Of a DNA stretch of 64,000 bases, positions 1-8,730 are shown piece by piece. The first letter of the stretch is position 1, and each line of letters starts with the position of its first letter. The translations under genes and the position numbers were made by a program. Source of the stretch: an uncultured Cetobacterium sp. (lineage in GTDB: Bacteria; Fusobacteriota; Fusobacteriia; Fusobacteriales; Fusobacteriaceae). The stretch is from the NCBI GenBank assembly GCA_949293295.1, contig CASFCG010000016.1, positions 78,658 to 142,657 on the forward strand, written 5' to 3'. A model generated the notes under the pieces. The model was given only the letters and a program-made list of their open reading frames with translations. It did no database searches and was not told the origin of the DNA.

Positions 1-1375
1 GAAGTGTATCGCCCTCTAAAATTGTTGTATCTCCTTTGGGAGTTATATATGATTTTCCACGTTTTATTGAGATTATCAGTAGATTAGGTGGAAGGTTTAA
101 CTCTCTAATTTTTTTATTGATATATTCAGAATTTACATCCAAAATCATCTTTTTTAGTGCCAACTCCTCTAGTTCATCCATTTCTAAAGTTGGAATCTCA
201 ATATCTTTTTCAAGTAGATTCAATTTTTTTGCTATATATTTTAAATTCATTCCCTGTATTAAGACAGAAAAGACAACTATGTAGAAAGTTAGATTAAAAA
301 TTACTTGTGAATTAGGAATGCCATTAGTTATAGCAAGTGTTGAAAAAATTATGGGAACGGCACCTTTTAATCCCGCCCAAGATATAAAAAATTTCTCTTT
401 ACAATTAAAGTTAAAGGGTAGCATTAAAGCATAGACCACAATAACTCTGACAAATAGAATCATAATAACTGAAAGTAAAGAGCCTATTAAAATATAATCT
501 AATAATTGAGTAGGAAAAACCAAAAGTCCAAGCATAACGAACATTCCTGTTTGCATAAGAGAAGTTATTAGTTTCAAGTTTCTTGCAGAGTTGATTTTAT
601 AATTAAATTTTTTATTTCCGATGATGATTCCCAATAGATAGACAGCTAAATATCCATTTCCATCTACAAGTACAGTAGTTGCAAAACAGATAAAAACTAT
701 TGAGATGAAAAGTATAGACAAAAGTTCTTCACGTTTAATTTTTAGCCATTCAGCTATTGGGATTGTAAGTTTTCCGAATATATATCCAAATAAAATTCCA
801 AACAGAACTTGTTTTATAAATAGAAATGAAGTTGCCATGAAAGATATACTTTTTTCACTATTAAAAAGTGAAAGAATAAAAAGAATTAAGATATAAGCCA
901 TAGGGTCATTACTTCCAGATTCTATTTCAACAACAGATTTAAGTTTAGGTTTCAAATTTGATTTTTCAAGCAGAGACATAACGGCTGCAGCATCAGTAGA
1001 TGACACCATAGCCCCAAAAAGTAAAGCTTCTTTTAAGGTTAAGTTTGTAAAGTAGTATGCAATAACTCCGAATAAAACGGCGGTTAAAACCACTCCTATA
1101 GTTGCTAGGATGGCACTAGGAAGAAAATAGGCTTTGAAATCCTGTTCTTTTGTTTCAAATCCTCCGGAGAAAATTATAAACATGAGTGCAACTGTTCCAA
1201 AGTTTTGGGCAGTTAAAGCATTATCAAAATATATTCCTCCAATTCCTTCTGAACCTGCTATCATACCTATAAATATAAACATTATTAGGATTGGAATCTT
1301 AAATTTTTTAGATATTCTTATTCCAAATAAGCTAATTAAAATAATAATTCCAATAACCAGAATCTCTCTTTCCAT
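1..1375 (-). CDS. Potassium/proton antiporter (CPA1, CvrA/NhaP2-like), 3' end runs off the window
   Basis: Not in the ORF track; read by hand. ATG at 1375 after an AGGTGG RBS: MEREILVIGIIILISLFGIRISKKFKIPILIMFIFIGMIAGSEGIGGIYFDN...; motifs GAMVSSTDAAAV, EIESGSNDPMA, WAGLKGAVPIIF. Confidence 0.88.
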   Translation of the reverse strand, partial: MEREILVIGIIILISLFGIRISKKFKIPILIMFIFIGMIAGSEGIGGIYFDNALTAQNFGTVALMFIIFSGGFETKEQDFKAYFLPSAILATIGVVLTAVLFGVIAYYFTNLTLKEALLFGAMVSSTDAAAVMSLLEKSNLKPKLKSVVEIESGSNDPMAYILILFILSLFNSEKSISFMATSFLFIKQVLFGILFGYIFGKLTIPIAEWLKIKREELLSILFISIVFICFATTVLVDGNGYLAVYLLGIIIGNKKFNYKINSARNLKLITSLMQTGMFVMLGLLVFPTQLLDYILIGSLLSVIMILFVRVIVVYALMLPFNFNCKEKFFISWAGLKGAVPIIFSTLAITNGIPNSQVIFNLTFYIVVFSVLIQGMNLKYIAKKLNLLEKDIEIPTLEMDELEELALKKMILDVNSEYINKKIRELNLPPNLLIISIKRGKSYITPKGDTTILEGDTL

Positions 1376-1732
1376 CTTTGCACCACCTTTTTTGAATGAA
1401 ATTTAGTTTTATTATAACATATAGTAGAAGATAATTGTATCAATAATATTTAATAGATTTTGATTATAATTTTTTTCTTTCTATGGATTGTACTATAAAA
1501 TACATAAGATTAATGCAACGGCACTGGAGTATGATAATATTTTTATGAAATATAAAAGATTATATAGTATCAAGATAGAAATTAAAGCATTAATTAGGTT
1601 GCGGGAGAGTAAGTAATATATGTAGAGGTTTGGTATAATAAATGATATTTAGAATTTTATAATAATAAATCATTAGAGGTATTAAACTAAAGCTATTTTC
1701 ATGAAATATTTATAATTTTTTATTATGAAAAG

Positions 1733-1761
1733 TTGAATTTTTTTATTAATGATGATATGAT
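1733..1761 (+). promoter_or_regulatory. Putative sigma70 promoter for the glmS leader
   Basis: TTGAAT-17 nt-TATGAT with extended -10 TG, about 37 nt upstream of the ribozyme cleavage site. Confidence 0.5.
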
Positions 1762-1789
1762 ATAAAAGATAGTTTAAGAAAAGAGAAAT

Positions 1790-1930
1790 AATAAAGAAGC
1801 GCCAGAACTCTTAGGAGTTGACGAGGAACTGGAAATATCGAAATTTCGGCGGATTTTCCAGAGGTACTACAGCCTAAGACCTCTACAAAACTCATTGGTG
1901 ACATTGAGGACAAAAAGAGGTAAGTAGTTT
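1790..1930 (+). ncRNA. glmS ribozyme (GlcN6P-activated self-cleaving riboswitch)
   Basis: Core A^GCGCCAGAACTC-ttag-GAGTTGACGAGG...TATCGAAATTTCGGCGGAT; P4-like CCTCT-ACAAAA-CTCA...TGAG-GACAAAA-AGAGG; directly 5' of glmS; predicted cleavage between 1798 and 1799. Confidence 0.95.
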
Positions 1931-1982
1931 TTCTTAAACTTGGACATTAACAATAATAATATAGTTCAAGGAGGAGTTTCAA

Positions 1983-3797
1983 ATGTGTGGTATTGTAGGT
2001 TATGTAGGAAAAAACAATGCTAAAACTGTTGTATTGGAGGGGCTTGAGAAGTTAGAGTATCGAGGATATGATTCAGCTGGGATTGCAGTTGTGAAAGATG
2101 GAGCTTTAAAGGTCGAAAAAAGATGTGGAAAGTTACAAAACTTGATTGAGCATTTACAAACAATAGATATGAGTTCAGACGTAGGAATAGGTCATACGAG
2201 ATGGGCAACTCATGGGGAGCCATCGGATATTAATTCTCATCCTCATTTTTCAATGGATAAAAAGATAGCTGTTGTTCACAACGGAATAATTGAAAATTAT
2301 CTTCCATTAAAAAATGAGTTGATAGAAAAAGGGTATAGATTTATTTCAGAGACAGATACTGAGGTTGTTGTTCATCTGATTGATTCAATGTATAATGGAG
2401 ATATGTTGAAAACTGTAGCCGAAGTTGTAAAAGTTTTAAAGGGGAGTTATGCCCTTGCGATACTTGATGTTAATAATCCTGAAGAGATTATTTGTACGAG
2501 AAAAGATAGTCCATTAGTGATAGGAATAGGAGAAGGAGAAAATATAATAGCTTCAGATATTCCAGCGTTATTGAAATATACAAATAAAGTTGTGTACTTG
2601 AACGATTTTGAGATAGCAACTGTAAGAAAAAATAAAGTTGAAGTATTTGACAAAGAGTTGAATGCAATTCAATTTGAAGTAAAGGTTGTGGATTGGAGTT
2701 ATGACCAAGCTACTAAAAACGGTTTTCCAAACTATATGTTAAAAGAGATTCATGAACAGAGTAGTATTGTTCAGAAAATGTTAAGTAGTTATTTAAATGG
2801 TGGAGATTTTACTTTTGCTAATCTTTTTTCAACTATTGATTTAAAGAGATACACAAAGATACATCTAGTTGCATGTGGAACAGCTTATCATGTTGGATTA
2901 CAGGCGAAATATTTTTTCAATGAGATTTCTAAGATGGATGCAAAAGTTGAAATTGCTTCTGAGTATAGATATCAAAATAATTTTATAGATGATAGAACAT
3001 TAGCTATCTTCATATCTCAATCCGGAGAGACGTTAGATACTATATCAGCTCTAAAGAAAGCAAAAGAGGAGGGAGCAACAACTTTAGCTATAACAAATGT
3101 TGTAGGTTCTACTATAACACGTGAAGCAGATATAACACTTTATACACTTGCGGGACCTGAGATTGCAGTAGCCTCGACTAAGGCTTACACTTCTCAAGTT
3201 TTAGTCATGTATCTATTTTCTCTGTTTTTAGCTGAAAAAATAGGAAAATTAGAGAGAAAAGAAGAAAAGATAGCAGAGTTAAAAAGATTGTGTGAATTAT
3301 TAAAAGTAGAGAACGAGGATGAAATAAAATTTAGTGAGATTGTGAAAAAACTAGAAAATGCAAAAGATGCGTTTTTTATTGGAAGAGGGATTGATTATTA
3401 TTCATCTTTAGAGGGAGCATTAAAATTGAAAGAGATTAGTTACATTCATACAGAAGCATTTCCAGCTGGAGAGCTAAAACATGGTTCAATTGCCCTGATA
3501 GAGGAGGGAACACCTGTTATTGTGGTGGGAACTCAGGATAATTTAATTGAGAAAACTATTTCTAACTTAAAAGAACTGAAAGCAAGAGGTGCGTACATTA
3601 TATCAATTGGAAAAAAAGAGTATGAAGATATGAAAAACAGTTCAGATATATTCATTGGGGTAGATGTAGTTTCACAAATTTTATCAATATTTAGTGTGAT
3701 TGTCCCTATGCAATTAATAGCTTGTTATACCTCTATGAAAAAGGGATTGGATGTTGATAAACCAAGAAATTTGGCTAAATCTGTAACTGTGGAGTAG
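1983..3797 (+). CDS. glmS: Glutamine--fructose-6-phosphate aminotransferase (isomerizing)
   Basis: MCGIVG N-terminal nucleophile, LEYRGYDSAG, HTRWATHG, SQSGET, PRNLAKSVTVE C-terminus; AGGAGG RBS. Confidence 0.99.
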   Translation: MCGIVGYVGKNNAKTVVLEGLEKLEYRGYDSAGIAVVKDGALKVEKRCGKLQNLIEHLQTIDMSSDVGIGHTRWATHGEPSDINSHPHFSMDKKIAVVHNGIIENYLPLKNELIEKGYRFISETDTEVVVHLIDSMYNGDMLKTVAEVVKVLKGSYALAILDVNNPEEIICTRKDSPLVIGIGEGENIIASDIPALLKYTNKVVYLNDFEIATVRKNKVEVFDKELNAIQFEVKVVDWSYDQATKNGFPNYMLKEIHEQSSIVQKMLSSYLNGGDFTFANLFSTIDLKRYTKIHLVACGTAYHVGLQAKYFFNEISKMDAKVEIASEYRYQNNFIDDRTLAIFISQSGETLDTISALKKAKEEGATTLAITNVVGSTITREADITLYTLAGPEIAVASTKAYTSQVLVMYLFSLFLAEKIGKLERKEEKIAELKRLCELLKVENEDEIKFSEIVKKLENAKDAFFIGRGIDYYSSLEGALKLKEISYIHTEAFPAGELKHGSIALIEEGTPVIVVGTQDNLIEKTISNLKELKARGAYIISIGKKEYEDMKNSSDIFIGVDVVSQILSIFSVIVPMQLIACYTSMKKGLDVDKPRNLAKSVTVE

Positions 3798-3808
3798 AAA
3801 AGAATTAG

Positions 3809-3849
3809 GAACTGGTGCAAATCTATAGTATTTGCACAGTTCTTTTTTT
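3809..3849 (+). terminator. Intrinsic terminator after glmS
   Basis: GAACTGgTGCAAAT...ATTTGCACAGTTC hairpin followed by a T7 tract. Confidence 0.8.
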
Positions 3850-3963
3850 GTTTTAATAAAATAATTTTTAAAAATTTAATTTCATTTATTATAAAAATGA
3901 AAAAAAGTTGCACAAATAAAAAAATAATGATATTATATAACAAATAAATGTGGGAGGGCTTAT

Positions 3964-5166
3964 ATGAGAAAATTAAATTCAACCTTTTATATCATAACTG
4001 CAATGATATTAGGGATAATTACAGGAGTTTTATTTAAAGAAAAGGCGGTAATGTTTGCTCCTATAGGAAATTTATTTTTAAAGTTGATAAAGATGTTGGT
4101 TGTACCGTTGATATTTTTTAATATAATATCTGGAGCTGCCGCCTTGGGCAAGACAAAATCAGCTGGAAAAATGGGATTATACACATTACTTTATTATCTT
4201 GTAACATCTGTACTTTCTGTTATTATAGGAATTGAGGCAGGAAAAATATTTAAACCAGGTATAGGAGTGATTATTCCCGATTCTTTATTAGTTGATGGAA
4301 ATAACTATTCAGAATTCAGTAAAGTGGCTGGTTTTTGGGAAACAGTAGAAAATATAATCTCTGATAATCCATTCAATGCTTTAACTTCGGGAAATATTTT
4401 ACAAATACTTATATTTTCTTTATTTTTCGGGATTGCTCTTTCAACTTTATCGTCAGAAAAGCAGAGACCTCTACTTGAAGTATTGGATACTATCAACGAA
4501 ACTTTAATAAAAATGGTGGAAAAGATTTTACTTTTTGCCCCTTTTGGAGTATTTGGTTTAATTTCAAGTTCAATAGCACTTTTTGGGGTAGAGCTTTTGG
4601 GGTTGCTGCTTAAATTTTTTGTAGTTTTTACTTTAGCTTTATCATTGATTCATTTCATAATGTTGCCTGGTTTAGTAACTTTATTCACTGGGATGGGTAT
4701 GATAAAGTTCATAAAAACCTTTTTACCAGCTCAGATTTTAGCTTTTTCTACAGCTTCGTCATTAGCAACTTTACCTGTGAGCAAAGAGTGTTGTAGTAAA
4801 GTTGACGTGGATAATTCAACTTCAGCTTTTGTACTTCCGCTGGGAGCCACAATTAATATGAATGGAAATGCGATGCTTTATGGATTAATGGCTGCTTTTT
4901 TTGCTCAGATGTTTAATGTAGAGATTGGTATTGCACAATATGTTGCTATAGTTATATCGTCAGTTTTGGGAGCAGTGGGTACAGCTGGAGTTCCAGGTCC
5001 TTCTCTTCTAGTGGTAGCTGTTTTAGCATCTGCTAATATTCCTCTTGTTGGTTTACCGTTGATATTTGGAGTGGATAGAATTTTGGATATGATGAGGACT
5101 TCAACAAATATTTTAGGTGATGCATCATGTGCGGTAATAATGGACAAAATTATAAAAAAAAGATAG
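3964..5166 (+). CDS. Dicarboxylate/amino acid:cation symporter (DAACS, GltP-like)
   Basis: AFSTASSLATLP, LPLGATINMNG, GTAGVPG and DRILDMMRTSTNILGD motifs; multiple TM helices. Confidence 0.93.
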   Translation: MRKLNSTFYIITAMILGIITGVLFKEKAVMFAPIGNLFLKLIKMLVVPLIFFNIISGAAALGKTKSAGKMGLYTLLYYLVTSVLSVIIGIEAGKIFKPGIGVIIPDSLLVDGNNYSEFSKVAGFWETVENIISDNPFNALTSGNILQILIFSLFFGIALSTLSSEKQRPLLEVLDTINETLIKMVEKILLFAPFGVFGLISSSIALFGVELLGLLLKFFVVFTLALSLIHFIMLPGLVTLFTGMGMIKFIKTFLPAQILAFSTASSLATLPVSKECCSKVDVDNSTSAFVLPLGATINMNGNAMLYGLMAAFFAQMFNVEIGIAQYVAIVISSVLGAVGTAGVPGPSLLVVAVLASANIPLVGLPLIFGVDRILDMMRTSTNILGDASCAVIMDKIIKKR

Positions 5167-5175
5167 TATATTTTT

Positions 5176-5210
5176 AAGGTCTTGAATTTATTGGATTCAG
5201 GACTTTTTTT
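5176..5210 (+). terminator. Intrinsic terminator after the symporter
   Basis: GTCTTGAAT...ATTCAGGAC hairpin followed by a T7 tract. Confidence 0.75.
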
Positions 5211-5479
5211 AAATTTTTTAATATTTAATCTCTTTATTTATAAAAATTATCTATAGTTTATTACTGTTTCTATTTGTTTTCTTTTGTTATCTTGTAAAAT
5301 CTAATATTGATTGTAATAGCTAAAATTATTTATAAAAGAAAAATTGATGTTATAGATTATGTTGTGAGAGAATTTGATATTAATATTTTCTATGGTTTTT
5401 GATTTTTGCTTGAAAAAATAGTGTTGAATGTAATTTTAGAGTTTAAATTCAGAGATATAAAAATTATTATAAAAAAGAG

Positions 5480-5508
5480 TTGACAAAGAAAAAAAAAACT
5501 GATATACT
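5480..5508 (+). promoter_or_regulatory. Strong sigma70 promoter of the tRNA operon
   Basis: TTGACA-17 nt-TATACT with extended TG, 23 nt before tRNA-Pro. Confidence 0.85.
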
Positions 5509-5531
5509 TACAAATATTATGAGAGACAGTT

Positions 5532-5608
5532 CGGAATATAGCGCAGTCCGGTAGCGCACCTGCCTTGGGAGCAGGGGGCCGCAAGTTCGAATCTTGCTAT
5601 TCCGACCA
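5532..5608 (+). tRNA. tRNA-Pro(TGG)
   Basis: Cloverleaf; anticodon arm CCTGC-CT TGG GA-GCAGG; TTCGAAT T-loop; encoded CCA. Confidence 0.97.
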
Positions 5609-5610
5609 TT

Positions 5611-5686
5611 GCGGGAGTAGCTCAGTTGGTAGAGCGTCAGCCTTCCAAGCTGAATGTCGCGAGTTCGATCCTCGTCTCCCGCTCCA
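5611..5686 (+). tRNA. tRNA-Gly(TCC)
   Basis: Anticodon arm TCAGC-CT TCC AA-GCTGA; CCA end. Confidence 0.97.
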
Positions 5687-5711
5687 ATAGAGAGTTGATT
5701 ATAATTAAGTT

Positions 5712-5788
<77 letters not shown>

Positions 5789-5791
5789 TAT

Positions 5792-5868
5792 GGTGACCGT
5801 AGTTCAGTTGGTAGAGCGCCAGTTTGTGGCACTGGTTGTCGCGGGTTCGAGCCCCGTCGGTCACCCCA
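5792..5868 (+). tRNA. tRNA-His(GTG), including encoded G-1
   Basis: Anticodon arm CCAGT-TT GTG GC-ACTGG; G-1 opposite C73; CCA end. Confidence 0.97.
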
Positions 5869-5873
5869 TTTTT

Positions 5874-5949
5874 GCGTTATTAGCTCAGTTGGTAGAGCAC
5901 ACGACTTTTAATCGTGTTGTCACTGGTTCGATTCCAGTATAACGCACCA
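5874..5949 (+). tRNA. tRNA-Lys(TTT)
   Basis: Anticodon arm CACGA-CT TTT AA-TCGTG; CCA end. Confidence 0.97.
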
Positions 5950-5955
5950 CTAGAA

Positions 5956-6038
5956 GCGAGGGTGGCGGAATTGGCAGACGCACCAGACTTAGGATCTGGC
6001 GTTTCGGCGTGAGGGTTCAAGTCCCTCCTCTCGCACCA
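5956..6038 (+). tRNA. tRNA-Leu(TAG)
   Basis: Anticodon arm CCAGA-CT TAG GA-TCTGG; long variable arm; CCA end. Confidence 0.97.
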
Positions 6039-6068
6039 TTTTAACAAAATTATAGTAGAGAATATCAA

Positions 6069-6094
6069 GCCGAAGTTAGTTTCGGTATTTTTTT
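6069..6094 (+). terminator. Terminator of the tRNA operon
   Basis: GCCGAAG-ttag-TTTCGGT hairpin followed by a T tract. Confidence 0.75.
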
Positions 6095-6214
6095 ATGGTA
6101 TAACATAATTATCATGTTTATATTATCTGCTATGATGTCCTAAGGTGTTTCACATACTATATGGATTGTGTTCCTCATCACGTATTGCTAGGAGAATATC
6201 GCATTCTATAAACG

Positions 6215-6515
6215 AGGACTATTTACCATTTTAAAAGGTGAAAGCTTCTAGGGAAGTAACTAGCAACCTAATTATATTTATCAAGCTCAATGGCTAGGAA
6301 CTAGCCCAAATTCATATAATAATTTTACATTTTATTTATCAATATTTTGTGTTTTGTAACAACAAAACTATACCATGAATATTTTACAAGGCAACAGTTT
6401 ACTTGTTTTAACCTTATTCAGTTGCTAATGTTCTGTATAATAGGTATATTATAAAAAAATAAATTAGGCAATTCATCATATCACCTATAGAGGTAGGCGA
6501 CTTCTCGCTCGGAAG
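6215..6515 (-). mobile_element. Degenerate non-autonomous IS200/IS605-family remnant (left-end hairpin plus omegaRNA-like right end, no ORF)
   Basis: Minus strand begins GCGAGAAGTCGCCTACCTCTATAGGTGATATGATGAATTGCC (left-end-like) and ends GGGCTAGttcCTAGCCATTGAGCTTGA...TACTTCCCTAGAAGCTTTCACC-hairpin (tnpB 3'/right-end-like). Recognised from memory of such ends; boundaries approximate. Confidence 0.6.
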
Positions 6516-6662
6516 TAGTGTTGGTCCTGTTTTTTAATAAATAGACATTGTATAATAGTAATGATGCTAAAAGGTATAGTTGAAATTTAAAAGATGAGGA
6601 AAAACAGATTAGTTTATAGTCCGTTAGAGGTTTTGAACATATACAATTTCATTTTGAAAGTA

Positions 6663-6697
6663 ATACCAGATAATAGAAGATTATCTGGTGTTTTTTT
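6663..6697 (+). terminator. Strong orphan intrinsic terminator upstream of udk
   Basis: ATACCAGATAAT-agaag-ATTATCTGGTGT followed by a T tract. Confidence 0.75.
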
Positions 6698-6807
6698 ATA
6701 TATTGATAATTATAATAGTTAAATTTATAATAAAATTATGAGACAAAATAAAAAAATATGTTATAATGATAACATTAAATTATGAAATCATGAAGAAGGG
6801 GAATTTT

Positions 6808-7440
6808 ATGAAAAACTGTATTTTAATTGGAGTTGCTGGCGGAAGTGGGAGTGGAAAGACAACAGTTGCACATAAATTAGTGAAAGCTTTTAGTGCGGAA
6901 GATGCTATTTTAGTTGAGCAAGATGCTTATTATAGAGAATTGAAAAATATGAATTTAGAAGAAAGAGCAAAAGTGAACTTTGACCATCCAAATTCAATAG
7001 AGTTTGAATTGTTGGGAAAACATCTGAAAAGTTTAATAGGCGGTAAAAGTATAGAACGACCTAAATATAATTTTACAACTCACATGAGAGAAAAGGAAAC
7101 TGTAAGAATAGAACCTTCAAAAATAATAGTCGTAGAGGGGATTTTAATTTTGGCTATTCCTGAGATAAGAGAGTTATTTGATGTTAAGATATTTGTGGAT
7201 ACAGATGCGGACGAGATGATTTTGAGAAGAATGGAGAGGGATATAAAAGAGAGAGGAAGGGATTTTGAATCGATTAAAAACCAGTACTTAAAGACTGTAA
7301 AGCCGATGTATTTAGAGTTTTGTGAGCCGAGTAAGCGTTATGCAGATATAATAATTCCGAGAGGTGGAGAGAATGAGATTGCTATAGAGATGATAGTTAA
7401 CAATCTAAAGAGATTTTTACAAAAAGGAGTATTGAAATAA
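6808..7440 (+). CDS. udk: Uridine kinase
   Basis: GVAGGSGSGKTT P-loop, QDAYY, NFDHP, VEGIL, ADIIIP. Start moved from 6766 to ATG 6808 (RBS GAAGGGG; TGnTATAAT at 6759-6767). Confidence 0.95.
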   Translation: MKNCILIGVAGGSGSGKTTVAHKLVKAFSAEDAILVEQDAYYRELKNMNLEERAKVNFDHPNSIEFELLGKHLKSLIGGKSIERPKYNFTTHMREKETVRIEPSKIIVVEGILILAIPEIRELFDVKIFVDTDADEMILRRMERDIKERGRDFESIKNQYLKTVKPMYLEFCEPSKRYADIIIPRGGENEIAIEMIVNNLKRFLQKGVLK

Positions 7441-7444
7441 ATAG

Positions 7445-8068
7445 ATGAAAGGAATAATCTGTATAGAGGGTGTTGTTGGAGCTGGGAAAACTACAATAGG
7501 AGAGATATTAGCGAAAGAGCTAGGAATGAAATTTTTTCAAGAACCGTATATTAAAAATCCATTTTTAGACAGATTTTATAGGGAAAAAGAGAGATATTCT
7601 TTTTTGAGTCAAATGTATTTTTTAAGTAAACGTTTGGATATAATGGAAGAAGTTAGAAAAAAGAGTGGATGTATAATTGATAGAGGGATGTCTGGAGATT
7701 ACTTATTTGCAAAGATGCATTTTAAGAGTAAGTATATGAGTTCAGATGAATTTAATTTATACAATAAGTTTTGGAATAGAGTTGAAGAGTTGATAGAAAA
7801 ACCTATTTTGACAATATATTTAGAGATTGGAGTTGCAAAGGCGGTTGAAAGAATAAAGGAACGTGGAAGAGATTTTGAATTAAACGTAGATATTGATTAT
7901 TGGAAGACATTGAATGAAGAGTATTCGAAATTTTTTAAAAAACAAAATAAAAAAAGTGTGTTAAGAATAAATATAAATGATATGGATATAAAAGAAAATA
8001 AGAGTGATAGAGATAAGTTTATAAATTTGGTTAAAGGTAGGTTAAAAGAGATTAAAGAAGAGAGATAG
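7445..8068 (+). CDS. Deoxynucleoside kinase (dNK family)
   Basis: IEGVVGAGKTT, EP...NPFLDRFY, Q-x-YFL, IDR, RIKERGRDFE lid. Confidence 0.9.
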   Translation: MKGIICIEGVVGAGKTTIGEILAKELGMKFFQEPYIKNPFLDRFYREKERYSFLSQMYFLSKRLDIMEEVRKKSGCIIDRGMSGDYLFAKMHFKSKYMSSDEFNLYNKFWNRVEELIEKPILTIYLEIGVAKAVERIKERGRDFELNVDIDYWKTLNEEYSKFFKKQNKKSVLRININDMDIKENKSDRDKFINLVKGRLKEIKEER

Positions 8069-8082
8069 GATAGGGGTATAAT

Positions 8083-8694
8083 ATGATATTGATAAAAGGG
8101 ATTATGACAGGTTTAATATTATCGTTTCCTTTTGGTCCAGTGGGAATATATTGTATGGAAAAGGCGATGATAGAAGGGGAGAAAAAAGCATATATTTCAG
8201 CCTTAGGTATGGTTTCAGTAGATATTATTTATGGGATTATCTCTTTTTTATTTTTATACCAGATAGAAAGCTACGTGATAAAATTTGAAAATCCGTTAAA
8301 AATATTGATAAGTTTATTTTTAATTGTTATAGGTGGGAAAAAGTTATTTGGAAAAACGGAGATTAAAGAGGTCAAAGATAATCATTTTACAATGATTCAG
8401 GACTATTTTGAGACATTTTTTTTAGCTGTGTTTAATATATCGTCTGTATTTGTGATTGCAGGAATATATACATTGTTAAATATATTGGATGAGATGCCCA
8501 CGAAGTTTTCAACATTTCAACTGGCTATCGGAATAGGATTGGGAGGAGCGGTACTATGGTTTATTACGCTTACTTTTATACATTATTTTAAAAGAATATT
8601 GACACTTGATTTAATCTTGAAAATTAGTAAATTTTCAGGAGCAGTCATAATGATTTTTGGGATAGGAACTATTATATTTGCCTTCTACAAATGA
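8083..8694 (+). CDS. LysE-family translocator
   Basis: PFGPVG motif, about six TM segments, 203 aa. Confidence 0.8.
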   Translation: MILIKGIMTGLILSFPFGPVGIYCMEKAMIEGEKKAYISALGMVSVDIIYGIISFLFLYQIESYVIKFENPLKILISLFLIVIGGKKLFGKTEIKEVKDNHFTMIQDYFETFFLAVFNISSVFVIAGIYTLLNILDEMPTKFSTFQLAIGIGLGGAVLWFITLTFIHYFKRILTLDLILKISKFSGAVIMIFGIGTIIFAFYK

Positions 8695-8730
8695 TAATAG
8701 GATACATAATATTATAAGGATGGTAAAGTT

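Noticed and set aside
36-1406. Plus-strand ORFs 36-284, 705-896 and 1134-1406
   Set aside because: Antisense to the antiporter CDS. The same applies to the other short antisense or off-frame ORFs inside long genes (for example 47354-47692, 54414-54791, 61669-62082).
6130-6185. Minus-strand GTGATGAG...GAAAC resembling a hammerhead ribozyme core
   Set aside because: The core lacks the C of CUGAUGA and stems I-III cannot be formed convincingly.
6095-6250. Plus-strand peptide traces resembling TnpA (NYHV..., MDCVPHHV, ILKGES)
   Set aside because: Too short, spacing far too compressed, no intact HUH motif, and mostly outside the inferred element ends. A TBLASTN would be needed before calling a pseudogene.
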